Shown here piece by piece: positions 50,179-60,128 of a stretch of 64,000 nt of DNA. Location: positions 62,001 to 126,000 of IMG/VR virus record IMGVR_UViG_3300032242_002041; one strand, given 5' to 3'. The first letter of the stretch is position 1; the number at the start of each line of letters is the position of its first letter. The translations under genes were made by a program, and so were the position numbers. A model generated the notes under the pieces. That model searched no databases. It was not told where the DNA came from and was given only the letters and a program-made list of their open reading frames with translations.

Positions 50179-51458
50179 AACCAAGGTGCCCATTCTGGCA
50201 CTACTTCAACTAGTGGTTTTTTACTCACTGAATCTTCCTTGCGAATGTGTCTAACAAATTGAGGTATAAACTCTGGACAATGCTCTGTGTATTCTATAAC
50301 ACTAATATAGCGATCAACTAATTCTCTATAATAGTTATCGTAAATAGTATCTGCAGAAAATCTAAGGCGCCCATTGGCAAGTCTTGATAACGCTAATTGT
50401 CTTAGTTCTGGTGGCAATGCGCCCACGCCTAAATGATCTACTCTAAACACCGGACTCACGTTAATATAACTACGCGGTAAATGTATAGGATAAGTGGGTC
50501 CAATTTTATTATCATATGCCCAATTAATAAAATCCATAATACTAGTAGCATTAATGGCAGACAATACGTAGTTAATAACTGTAGATATGCTAGGATGAAA
50601 CATCAGCTCTAAACTGTTGGCCTCAACGTCAGACCATCGACATCCTCTACGCTGATACTCTATAACTGATTCAGTGCCATCGATACTGACATTGTATATT
50701 ACTTGTTTAAAATGTTTGAACTTGTCCATCAGCTCGTTGGCACTGCTGCTAGCATTGGTCAGCAAAGTTATCATGATGTTTTTAGCTAGATCTTTTTCAA
50801 TCAAGTAATCCATTATTTTATGAACTTGTTTTTGTAGCGCAGTTTCGCCACCGGTAAAGTTAATAATTTCCACACGATCCAACACTGAATAAAAATCTGG
50901 GTCTGTAGGATTTAACACTATTTTTTCTTTACGTCCTAATACCTGAACTTCAAAGGTCTGTCGCTGACTACTGGCACCTCCGGCACACATAACACAACTA
51001 TAATTACAGTAATTACTTGGATAGTAATCTAAAGTAAGTATATCTTTAACTGTGTTATTATTGGAAACAATTTCTTGAACCTCTTTAACAATATCTACAC
51101 TAAGAAATTCACTGTAAAATTTGTTGTTCATTTGTCTAGGACTGGTTGCGCCCGCCTGTTCGTTGCGAGAACAACTTGCACAATCGGATATTTGTTCCAA
51201 TTGACCGTCGATCATGGCCTGACGTATACTGCGCCAATTTTCACTGTTTCTAGAATCTACAACACTGTTATTAATTACATCCCATTTATTGCGATTATTG
51301 CTCATCACAATACTACAAGGACGAACACTGTTAGGCAGGCTATCCACAGATGTAGGAACTACATTATTAGTTTGATAGAAAGCTCCGAAGAATGGGTACA
51401 AGCATATTTTTTCTCCTAGCTCGTTATATATGTGATCAAGTTGATTAATTGGATTCAT
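50175..51458 (-). CDS. Radical SAM protein with N-terminal twitch-like domain (start 51458 or 51482)
   Basis: CLYPF..RPCS..CASC; CNYSCVMC; TGGET; SIDG. Confidence 0.88.
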   Translation of the reverse strand: MNPINQLDHIYNELGEKICLYPFFGAFYQTNNVVPTSVDSLPNSVRPCSIVMSNNRNKWDVINNSVVDSRNSENWRSIRQAMIDGQLEQISDCASCSRNEQAGATSPRQMNNKFYSEFLSVDIVKEVQEIVSNNNTVKDILTLDYYPSNYCNYSCVMCAGGASSQRQTFEVQVLGRKEKIVLNPTDPDFYSVLDRVEIINFTGGETALQKQVHKIMDYLIEKDLAKNIMITLLTNASSSANELMDKFKHFKQVIYNVSIDGTESVIEYQRRGCRWSDVEANSLELMFHPSISTVINYVLSAINATSIMDFINWAYDNKIGPTYPIHLPRSYINVSPVFRVDHLGVGALPPELRQLALSRLANGRLRFSADTIYDNYYRELVDRYISVIEYTEHCPEFIPQFVRHIRKEDSVSKKPLVEVVPEWAPWF

Positions 51459-52545
51459 GGCATATTTCTTTAAGACTTGCATTGTATATTATGTTTAAGC
51501 CTTGGCTAGTTACACGATTATATACTTGTTTTAGTTCAGCTATGGCTTGTTGGTGTTCAGGGTGAGCAGAGTTGCCCACAACATCGTGATTTAAATAGTC
51601 ATCCCAGGTTCCCCAATCTTCTAATCTATTAATAATACCTTGAAATCCATAGTGTGTACATAAATCAACAAATTGTTGTTGATCATTCCAATTGCCTTTT
51701 TGCAAGACAAATTTAAGTAACACATGTGCATTAGTCTGTCGAACTAGGTCCTGCAAAAAATCTAAATTTTTAATTAATTGATCAAAGCGACCCGGTTGTC
51801 GCACTTGTTCGTATACGTCGGCTGACCCGGCATCTATACTAATATAATATTGTGTAATATTGTTAACAATAGAATTGTTGTCCAATTGCTTGGATAATAA
51901 TAATCCATTGGTAAACAAACGCAAACTATGATTACTTTTGGGCTGATAGTTATGTAATAATGGACGCATAATGTTGCTGGCCAGTGGATCACCGTTGCCC
52001 GTCATTATTATGTGTGTAGGAGCATCAAATTTTTCTAATAACTCAATCACGTGATTTACCATGGCCAATCGACGGTCGTAATCAGCTCCAGAATTAGACA
52101 TGATCGGATGAGCCCTACAACTAGGACAAGCTAAATTGCAACTGTCGTCAATATTGATACTAATATAGTAGCAACGATAACTTTTGTCTATAGTCTTACT
52201 AGGACTGACAGCAGCATAATTGTTGGTCAATCGATCAGAATTTAATATTCCACAACGATCTACCGCACAATGAGTAAACTTGCGATCATCAATATCTTTT
52301 TGTAAACTACGAGCTACAGGACTAAGCCAAATGTCTTCTAGTCTAGAAAAGTTCATGATATTGCCCACTGACATGGGTAACCAAGCTTCGCATGCACAGA
52401 CAAAACATTCGCCTTTTCGGTCAATGACTAGGGTATATGATGGAAAATCACAGTGATTGGTAATGTTGAGTTTTAAATCTTTATTACGTGGTATATTAGT
52501 ATAACTGTGTTGATTGTCAATGGGAATTATTGGGTATGTATACAT
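51445..52545 (-). CDS. Radical SAM protein, divergent subtype with N-terminal Cys domain
   Basis: CDFP..CFVCAC..HCAVDRC; CNLACPSC; GNGDPL; FTNG; SIDAG. Confidence 0.88.
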   Translation of the reverse strand: MYTYPIIPIDNQHSYTNIPRNKDLKLNITNHCDFPSYTLVIDRKGECFVCACEAWLPMSVGNIMNFSRLEDIWLSPVARSLQKDIDDRKFTHCAVDRCGILNSDRLTNNYAAVSPSKTIDKSYRCYYISINIDDSCNLACPSCRAHPIMSNSGADYDRRLAMVNHVIELLEKFDAPTHIIMTGNGDPLASNIMRPLLHNYQPKSNHSLRLFTNGLLLSKQLDNNSIVNNITQYYISIDAGSADVYEQVRQPGRFDQLIKNLDFLQDLVRQTNAHVLLKFVLQKGNWNDQQQFVDLCTHYGFQGIINRLEDWGTWDDYLNHDVVGNSAHPEHQQAIAELKQVYNRVTSQGLNIIYNASLKEICHESN

Positions 52546-52551
52546 GGCAAC

Positions 52552-52557
52552 TATTTA
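52552..52557 (-). promoter_or_regulatory. Late-type TAAATA box
   Basis: Intergenic, 6 nt before ATG 52545. Confidence 0.5.
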
Positions 52558-52581
52558 TTGACCTGTTGTGCTCTTGGACAT

Positions 52582-53607
52582 TTACAAGTAGCTTTCTAGG
52601 CCGCCGCGACGACGTAAATCTTGTGTGCAGCAGGATATGCCACCATCCCAAAAGTAACTATGCCGTAGTTCTGAAATAATAGGATTAATCCTGTGCTTTT
52701 TACAAAAATCAAATACATCTTTGTTGTAGGCACTAAAGATTACATTTTCTTCATCTAGTACTAAGCAGTTAACATCAAATACTGTTTCAGCAACAAAGCC
52801 GGTCCACTTATTTAGATATGTGTCTACAAAGTTAGTAAACTCTGCGGTAGGTGTTTGCCCTTGAACATACCAGGCTCCTGGATTTGATTCCCACTTAAAC
52901 TTGCCCACTTCCATGGCAGCCCAAATACTACTATCCCAAATTTTCATTACATCCCAGCCGGGAAAGTCTTCAGCTAAATGCAAGTGCATATCATGTTTAC
53001 TACTTAAGATAACACCAGGCTTGAGAATGGCAAACACAGCATCACCATGCCCATCGGTTACAGCTTCGTGTATGCGATACTCGGGCCCCAAACAGTTTTC
53101 TACTATCCATTGTGTTTGCTCTGGTCTTAGGTAATCACTGTTATCAAAGAATACATCACGTCCTACACGCACGATACAACTAGCACTGGCACCATTCAAA
53201 ATACAATTTTCGTCCCAGTGTTTGCCGTGTGGATTAACAACTTGATCCGCATAGTTGGCACAGATGTCATTTAACTCGTCCATTGGCAAAACACGTAATA
53301 GTTTTTGCCCTAGGCTAATTTGCCAATCTCTAGGTGTAAGCGGGGGTAGTGGTGCTCCTTGCCCATTTATTTGTGCCTTTTGAAATTGATCTTTGTCAAT
53401 AAGTGTAGGACGACAAACTTTGGCCCCATACTGCTCGATAGTCTGTTGTAAATTGTTTAAATCTTCTTCGGTTTCTGACAATATTTGCTGTAATTGATTA
53501 CGCACTTGTGCGTCGTCGATAAAGTCAAAATAATCAGGGCTATATGCTCGCCCTACTATAACTTCTTCAAGTGGTTGCCAGGATGTATAACTATTAATCA
53601 TTGTCAT
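52582..53607 (-). CDS. Amidinotransferase (glycine/inosamine-phosphate amidinotransferase family)
   Basis: NSYTSWQPLEEVIVG, PRD, GHGD, DVN and GGISCCTQDLRR with the catalytic Cys. Confidence 0.85.
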   Translation of the reverse strand: MTMINSYTSWQPLEEVIVGRAYSPDYFDFIDDAQVRNQLQQILSETEEDLNNLQQTIEQYGAKVCRPTLIDKDQFQKAQINGQGAPLPPLTPRDWQISLGQKLLRVLPMDELNDICANYADQVVNPHGKHWDENCILNGASASCIVRVGRDVFFDNSDYLRPEQTQWIVENCLGPEYRIHEAVTDGHGDAVFAILKPGVILSSKHDMHLHLAEDFPGWDVMKIWDSSIWAAMEVGKFKWESNPGAWYVQGQTPTAEFTNFVDTYLNKWTGFVAETVFDVNCLVLDEENVIFSAYNKDVFDFCKKHRINPIISELRHSYFWDGGISCCTQDLRRRGGLESYL

Positions 53608-53657
53608 TCTTTCTTTGTACGATATTTAAACTAAAATTATGTTGGGAGTATTTTTTA

Positions 53658-54809
53658 TCATCGCATGCTAGGATTAAAAATCTTGTCATAGTTTGTGCCT
53701 CTTGACTGATCTAAAGCAGACACATATTCTCTAAATTGTCGAAATAACTCGTTACTAAACACAGTATTTTTTAAATTCAAAACAGCAGACTTTACAGAGT
53801 CTGAAATATACGTATTATTTTTGGCCCATAAAATAAATCTATCTAAATCTTCTGGAGGAATAGATTCAGGAACAAGACATTGATTTCCTTGTACATAGGT
53901 CAAAGTCAACTCCATGCTATTTTTTTCACACCAATCTATCAGTGGAGGAAGAGAGTATGCGCTGGTATGCTGTAGCACATGATGAACACGATTTAACCGT
54001 ATGTTGGTAGTGTTTTTAATACGCTGAATATTATTTTCAATTTCTGCCCAGCAACTTGGATATCTTAGATAATCATTCATTGCTCCTGTTCCTTCTAAAC
54101 TTATAATCAAGTCTAAATTTTCAAATGGTTCTAGTTTAGCTATTAACCGGTTTGGAATCTTGCTAAAGTTGGTAGTACTCTGAAGAGTAACATCAGTGCG
54201 ATTTAAATTAACTAATTCGTCAAGTAAATTTAAAGTGCCTGGCATGGTCAATGGCTCGCCACCTGACAGATTTATTCTACGGGCTGTAGCCAAATGTGGA
54301 CGTATAAATTTTAAAAATTCAGGATCTTCCCAGGTATTGGCAACTGGCGCAACCAGTGTATGCTCTTTTATTGCAGTTACATTTTTAAATATATCTTGGT
54401 GTTTAACTAGCTCAGTATACCAGGTTGAACTGGCTGAGCTAGAACACATTATACAAGCAAGATTACAATGGGTTCCCATTCTGAATTCTAAATCATAGGT
54501 ATCAAACGAATCATTATTGTAGCCATCTCGATTGTTGGAAACGTTTCTCAGACTAGTATATCCAATATTTTCTTCATTCCAGCAATGAGAACATTCTTTA
54601 ACTCTATTTCCTTGTACAAGTTCGTTGATTAATTTGGGCTTAAATTCAGTCTGATATCGATCAAACTCTTGCCAACTTATTGAGGATTCATAATATGTTT
54701 TGTACTGGCAACATGGTGATAATGATTTACCGTCATGAGATATAGCCAGCCCATGATTAATTAAAGAACAAGTTATTTTTTCAGATTGAGTCATTGATTT
54801 AAAATTCAC
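53658..54809 (-). CDS. Radical SAM protein with N-terminal twitch-like domain
   Basis: CSLI..SPCC..CSHCW; CNLACIMC; SGGEP. Confidence 0.9.
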   Translation of the reverse strand: MNFKSMTQSEKITCSLINHGLAISHDGKSLSPCCQYKTYYESSISWQEFDRYQTEFKPKLINELVQGNRVKECSHCWNEENIGYTSLRNVSNNRDGYNNDSFDTYDLEFRMGTHCNLACIMCSSSASSTWYTELVKHQDIFKNVTAIKEHTLVAPVANTWEDPEFLKFIRPHLATARRINLSGGEPLTMPGTLNLLDELVNLNRTDVTLQSTTNFSKIPNRLIAKLEPFENLDLIISLEGTGAMNDYLRYPSCWAEIENNIQRIKNTTNIRLNRVHHVLQHTSAYSLPPLIDWCEKNSMELTLTYVQGNQCLVPESIPPEDLDRFILWAKNNTYISDSVKSAVLNLKNTVFSNELFRQFREYVSALDQSRGTNYDKIFNPSMR

Positions 54810-55890
54810 GGAGCATGGCCTGAAGTTCTTGCCATAATACGTCAGTTAGACCACCATTATAAAAATGATTAAAGTTATGCTCTACTATGGGCAAACAAGC
54901 GCGGTGTATCGCTCGACGTTCTTTTACGCTTAATGTATCTAATTCTTTTAACAATTTAGTAACACGTTCTATTCTGAGTATATCATCTGTTTCTGTATCG
55001 TAGCTTTCATCAAATATGCCTGCAAAAGTTTGAAATCCATATTCACGCATATACTCTAAACTGCCAGCAGGTGCTACTAGAACAAATGGCATTTCTAAGG
55101 CAATTGCTTTAAATGTCTTTTCGGTTATGTGCTGTCTGCGTCCAAAGTAAACAGTTTCAGTAGGAACATATACTAGACTATCCTGCGCTTCAGTAAAGTT
55201 ACTCAGCCAGCAACTTGTCATTTCCTGTTGCTCTTCGCCACGAAATAGTCTTGGCAGTTTGGCCTGCTCAAACACATCGGTTATATCCTGGTATACATGT
55301 TGATACTTTTGTGCTATAATAGATATATCCACATTCTCATATTGGCAAGTTCTGGGCGCACTAATATGATTATGTTCTAATTGATTTTTGAATACGTTAT
55401 ATAAGAACAACACACGATGATCACGCTTGCCTGCTACAATACGATTGGGACTCATGAAGGTTTGAGTAGGAGTTCTTTCACTGGCTCTGGGAATCAAGAA
55501 AGTTTTATCATATCCACGAAACCAGTCTTGACAAGCCCAACCATGAAAGAAATAGTAGTGTGTGCGCCAACCGTATTGGGCAGAAAGTTGTTCAACATAT
55601 TCTCCACGCTCACTAACTACAATATGTCCAGGTGGATTATTGGGCCAATTGATATCTTTGTTGCGTTCAAGCACCTCCGTAAACAACGGTTTGTGTAGAT
55701 CCAAATGAACAGGTTCTTGATCATGCAAATACACATAGTCGTTTTCTGTGATATCGTCACGCCCTAGATTAAATAAGTGATCACTGTCAGTATGCCCAAA
55801 CGGATCACAAAAGAATACTCTTGTGCCCGGCCTATGTTGATTAAACCAAGGCCAAAATGTATTGTTGTAAATTTCATCTATTCTAATCAT
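54799..55890 (-). CDS. Putative glycosyltransferase (GT10-like TEK motif), paralog 3
   Basis: FMSPNR..RDHR; VPTET..ITEKTFK..MPFV..YGFQTF..DESYD..R. Confidence 0.5.
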   Translation of the reverse strand: MIRIDEIYNNTFWPWFNQHRPGTRVFFCDPFGHTDSDHLFNLGRDDITENDYVYLHDQEPVHLDLHKPLFTEVLERNKDINWPNNPPGHIVVSERGEYVEQLSAQYGWRTHYYFFHGWACQDWFRGYDKTFLIPRASERTPTQTFMSPNRIVAGKRDHRVLFLYNVFKNQLEHNHISAPRTCQYENVDISIIAQKYQHVYQDITDVFEQAKLPRLFRGEEQQEMTSCWLSNFTEAQDSLVYVPTETVYFGRRQHITEKTFKAIALEMPFVLVAPAGSLEYMREYGFQTFAGIFDESYDTETDDILRIERVTKLLKELDTLSVKERRAIHRACLPIVEHNFNHFYNGGLTDVLWQELQAMLREF

Positions 55891-58800
55891 GTTTGACGTA
55901 TTTTATTCTGGAACAAAACCTAACTTATTTGCACACGAGCGCGAAGCACGTGATATTCAACACGCACAAGAATTAAGTCGGACTCGTTACTTTTGGTGGG
56001 TAAACTATTTAACTGACTACTCGAGCTTTGACTTTTTATTTGAGCCAGTTCCTTGGGAAGCAGACTATACACACACTTGGCCCAGTCGGTGGCATGAGTA
56101 TTCTGGAACCTTTTTAGTTCCTAAGCATAACACGAATATAGATTATAAGTTCCATAAGGAAATACTTCCTTTAAAAGAATTAAAAGAACATTACTTGATT
56201 AATCATCCCTGCGAGTTTGATTGGACTTGGCATCCACATCCGATGGATCCGCCATATAATTATGTATTTGGTAATCAGTGGTATCCGGCTAATCGTATGT
56301 CTACTGTTGAATACCGTCTGCCAGGCGCAACAGAAACAAAGTATATTTTTACTCCTAGAGCACAACTATTACCCAAACTGGGCAGTCAATGGCAAACTCT
56401 AGCAGACTGTGAGTTTGATTATTCATGGAGACCAGATCCGGGCGACGCACCTTACATTTATGTATTTGGTAATCAGTGGTATCGTGCAGAGATCATGTCC
56501 ACAGTGGAATATCATGTTCCTGGTGCTACTGAGCGTAAGTACATTCCTTATCCTCGAGCTCGGCTAGTAGAAAATACCGCTAATTGGTCGGTGCCCACAG
56601 GTGTTGACAGCGTAGATTATACTTGGGTTCCGGATCCAGGAGATCCGCCATATATCTATCAATTTGGTACGCAACATCAAGCTACTGGTGGCCCGCAATA
56701 TTGTGTACCTGGAGCAACTGACATAAAGTATGTTAGTGTGTTTAGAGCAACAATTAATAGTGTTAACATGGACATGTGGACAACTTCAGATGACGTCACT
56801 GACTTTGATTATACCTGGCATCCTGATGATCGCGACCCTGCTTACATATATCAATTTGGTACACAACATCAAGCTACCGGTGGCCCCGAATACCGTGTCA
56901 CGGGCGCAACAGAAATGAAGTATGTTAGTGCTCCTAGAGCCAGTATTAGTAGTGTTGATATGACTAATTGGACAACACCCAATGATGTCACTGACTTTGA
57001 TTATACCTGGCATCCTGATGATCGCGACCCTGCTTACATATATCAATTTGGTACACAACATCAAGCTACCGGCGGTCCTAGATACGTTGTGCCTGGTGCT
57101 ACAGAAATAAAGTATGTTAGTGCTCCTAGAGCCAGACGTACTCGAGTAGACGATTGTTGGACTATTCCCAAAAATACTAATCTTGAAGCATTTGATTTAA
57201 CATGGCATCCAGACAGCCGCGAGTCTGCCTACATATATCAGTTTGCTACACAATGGAATCGTGCAGGCGGCCCTACATATCGTGCGCCAGGCGCCACTGA
57301 GATAAAATATGTTACAGCACAGGTAGCCAAGATGCTACCCACTGATCTGAACTGGGTAATACCTGCAGGTATAGACGTTAACAGTTTTGACTTTAGCTGG
57401 ACTCCTGACACTACAGAAGCTCCGTACATATACGAGTTTGGTACACAGTGGCAAAAAACTGGTGGTCCAAGATATATAGTTCCGGGCGCAACAGAAATAA
57501 AATACGTTACAGAACCTAGAGCACATAAAAACGTTAAAGATGCGTGTTGGACTGTGCCCGATGGTGCTGATGTAGACAGCTTTGATTGGACCTGGCATCC
57601 TGATGCTACTGAACAGCCTTACATATATCAGTTTGGCACACAGCATCAACGCACAGGAGGCCCACAGTACCGTGTTCCTGGAGCAACAGATACAAAGTAT
57701 GTAGATCAAATACGCATTAAGACTGATCGTGTTGCCACAGCTATCTATGAAATAGATCACATGGATGGCAACGCTGGACAAATATTGGATGCTGTTAAAA
57801 CAGTACGCTACTTTGACAATTACCTGGATACACTAAAGCGCATAGCCAAGAACATTCCTGACGACCAGGAGTTTGTTTGGATTTGTTCAAGTGTATGTGA
57901 CTACTCTGACTTTGACTTTACCTGGCATCCTGAGGTATGGCAAGCAGGTATGTTGCACGTATTTCCTAGCGACGGACAAAAGTTTGGTGATACATTCTTT
58001 ATGCATGTTCCTACATTTAAGTATCGTAGTGAAAAGCTACAATTACTTGATTGGTACGATATAAACTTTATGGATAAGAATGTGCCGCGTCGCCCTTTGC
58101 CTGTTGTTAACCATACATATGATACACACGTAGACGCAGTTAAGAGCTTGGACTTTAAAGGACCGTTGGCTATTTTTACTACCCAAGATTCAACCTACTG
58201 CAACATAAATCACTTGCTCACTGATAATACACCAGCTGTTCCGTTATGGCGTGAAAAGACCAAGACTGTTGTTCCGTTAAGTGCAGGCGCCAGTATTTGT
58301 ATTGTGCCCAAGGTCTCAGTTCCTTATATTAAACATCAGTTATACGACTATCCTAACGTACTCCGCACCCAGCGTCATCTGTTTAAAGATCAACTGTTAG
58401 ATATAGTGTTTATCGACAACGGCGAACCCAACGCAGAAGAAAATTATCAACACTTAAAATGGACAGCTGAACGTGCCAATGACATTAAGATACATCGTAG
58501 TAGTGGTGTCACAGGTCGTGTGGCTGCTTATCAAGCTGCCGCAGAGTTAAGCACAACACCTTGGTTCTTTGCTGTATTTGCCAAGTTAAGAGTCGACGAA
58601 GGGTTTGACTGGGCATGGCAACCAGATCGTCTACAAGAATCCAAGCACTATATCTTTCATGCACGTAATCCTGTTAACGGATTAGAATACGGACATCAAG
58701 CCATGATTGCCTACAACAAGAAACTAGTGTTGGCAAACGCCGGGGACGGACTAGACTTTACCCTAGATCAAGCGCACGAAGTAGTTCCTATCTTGTCCGG

Positions 58801-59086
58801 TACAGCAGAATATGCGTACACACCTTGGATGGCCTGGCGCACTGCTTTCCGCGAATGTATTAAGCTACGAGCCAGTGCGGATGTAGAAAGCAAGTATCGC
58901 TTGGACAAATGGTTAACAGTTGATCTAACGCATTCCAACGGTGAATATAGTATATTCGGGGCCCAAGATGCTGTGGAGTACTACGAAGCGGTTGCGGGAG
59001 ATTTTGCGGAGCTAAAGCGGAGCTATGATTGGGCTTGGCTAGCTAGTTACGCATTGATAAAGCGGAATCTAATACCGAGTCAATGA
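55889..59086 (+). CDS. 1065-aa protein with eight ~64-aa repeats and a C-terminal GT-A-like domain
   Basis: Repeat FDxTWHPD..YIYQFGTQ..TGGPxYxVPGATExKYV; C-terminus matches 33808 (EPNAEEN, NGLEYG, AWRTAFRE). Confidence 0.75.
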   Translation: MFDVFYSGTKPNLFAHEREARDIQHAQELSRTRYFWWVNYLTDYSSFDFLFEPVPWEADYTHTWPSRWHEYSGTFLVPKHNTNIDYKFHKEILPLKELKEHYLINHPCEFDWTWHPHPMDPPYNYVFGNQWYPANRMSTVEYRLPGATETKYIFTPRAQLLPKLGSQWQTLADCEFDYSWRPDPGDAPYIYVFGNQWYRAEIMSTVEYHVPGATERKYIPYPRARLVENTANWSVPTGVDSVDYTWVPDPGDPPYIYQFGTQHQATGGPQYCVPGATDIKYVSVFRATINSVNMDMWTTSDDVTDFDYTWHPDDRDPAYIYQFGTQHQATGGPEYRVTGATEMKYVSAPRASISSVDMTNWTTPNDVTDFDYTWHPDDRDPAYIYQFGTQHQATGGPRYVVPGATEIKYVSAPRARRTRVDDCWTIPKNTNLEAFDLTWHPDSRESAYIYQFATQWNRAGGPTYRAPGATEIKYVTAQVAKMLPTDLNWVIPAGIDVNSFDFSWTPDTTEAPYIYEFGTQWQKTGGPRYIVPGATEIKYVTEPRAHKNVKDACWTVPDGADVDSFDWTWHPDATEQPYIYQFGTQHQRTGGPQYRVPGATDTKYVDQIRIKTDRVATAIYEIDHMDGNAGQILDAVKTVRYFDNYLDTLKRIAKNIPDDQEFVWICSSVCDYSDFDFTWHPEVWQAGMLHVFPSDGQKFGDTFFMHVPTFKYRSEKLQLLDWYDINFMDKNVPRRPLPVVNHTYDTHVDAVKSLDFKGPLAIFTTQDSTYCNINHLLTDNTPAVPLWREKTKTVVPLSAGASICIVPKVSVPYIKHQLYDYPNVLRTQRHLFKDQLLDIVFIDNGEPNAEENYQHLKWTAERANDIKIHRSSGVTGRVAAYQAAAELSTTPWFFAVFAKLRVDEGFDWAWQPDRLQESKHYIFHARNPVNGLEYGHQAMIAYNKKLVLANAGDGLDFTLDQAHEVVPILSGTAEYAYTPWMAWRTAFRECIKLRASADVESKYRLDKWLTVDLTHSNGEYSIFGAQDAVEYYEAVAGDFAELKRSYDWAWLASYALIKRNLIPSQ
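56795..57072 (+). repeat. Exact 86-nt direct repeat at a 192-nt period within the coding repeat array
   Basis: 56795-56880 is identical to 56987-57072. Confidence 0.9.
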
Positions 59087-60128
59087 TATACTCAACTTCC
59101 AAGTCGGTAAGTTCAGGATGAATAGGTAAACTTAATACTCTACGTGATAGTGCGCTAGCAACACTTAGGATATCGGGGCCAGCAAACTCACTATAAGCAG
59201 GCAACTCGTGTAGGGGTTCTCGATAGTGAATCCTAGTTTCGATTCCTTTGATAGCCAAGTTTCGAGCAAGTATATCTCTACCGTCTACATCAATAACAAA
59301 CTTGTGACACGAATGTGTTTCAAAGTTTTGTGCTGTAATTAAACTTCTAATGCCGGTATTCTTTAACCGACCAATCCAGTACAAGGCAATGTTCTTACGG
59401 CGGTCCTGCCATTGATCAATATACCGTGTTTTAATCATCATTTGGGCGCATTCTACCTCGCTCATACGACTGTTAGTTCCTATGGTTGAATGATTGGGCT
59501 TGCCGTTGTTAGTCCATTCTCTAGCAAATTCTAATAGATCTATGTCGTCTGTGACCACTGCACCCCCGTTACCGTAGGCATTTAAGTTTTTCATTGGATC
59601 AAAACTAATAGCAGTAGCGTTGCCTACTCTATTACAATTGTTGCTTAACCAATGCTGAGCACCGTCTTCTATGATCAAGTCCGTTCCCCAGAAACGGTCT
59701 GCATTGACAGCCGCACCGTATAAGCCAACCAACACTGTTGCCTGTACACTTAGTTCTTGTGGTATTTTTTTCTTATCTAACAGGCCGTGTGTATCTGTGT
59801 CAGCAATATATACTTCCCAACCAGCACGGACAAATGCACTAGCAGTGGCCACATAAGTCATTGCGGGTACAACTACCCTGGGCGGGTTTACACTAGTTTG
59901 TAATCGATAGTATTCAGCAATTATTTCTAATGCTTGACTACCCGAGTGACAAGTTACAGCATATTTGCTATGATTTTTCTTGGCCAACCAGTTTTCAAAT
60001 TCAGCTGTATAGTTACCAGCCATGAGTTGACCACTACGAAGGACTTCGTCGGTAGCATCTAATATCTCTGTGCGGAGATTATTATACTGCTTTTTTAATC
60101 CCGTAAAAGGAATCTTTAAGCCATTCAT
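59043..60128 (-). CDS. DegT/DnrJ/EryC1/StrS PLP-dependent sugar aminotransferase
   Basis: SGSQAL, EDGAQ, SFDPMKNL.AYGNGG, GTNSRM and LSLPIHP. Confidence 0.93.
   Translation of the reverse strand: MNGLKIPFTGLKKQYNNLRTEILDATDEVLRSGQLMAGNYTAEFENWLAKKNHSKYAVTCHSGSQALEIIAEYYRLQTSVNPPRVVVPAMTYVATASAFVRAGWEVYIADTDTHGLLDKKKIPQELSVQATVLVGLYGAAVNADRFWGTDLIIEDGAQHWLSNNCNRVGNATAISFDPMKNLNAYGNGGAVVTDDIDLLEFAREWTNNGKPNHSTIGTNSRMSEVECAQMMIKTRYIDQWQDRRKNIALYWIGRLKNTGIRSLITAQNFETHSCHKFVIDVDGRDILARNLAIKGIETRIHYREPLHELPAYSEFAGPDILSVASALSRRVLSLPIHPELTDLEVEYIIDSVLDSALSMRN

Noticed and set aside
46653-53607. Saxitoxin or true aminoglycoside antibiotic cluster
   Set aside because: No PKS-like SxtA, cyclitol synthase, exporter or resistance gene is seen; only the tailoring families are shared.
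56180-57720. Regularly spaced repeats as a possible CRISPR array
   Set aside because: The period is about 192 nt, in frame and protein-coding, with no unique spacers and no cas genes.
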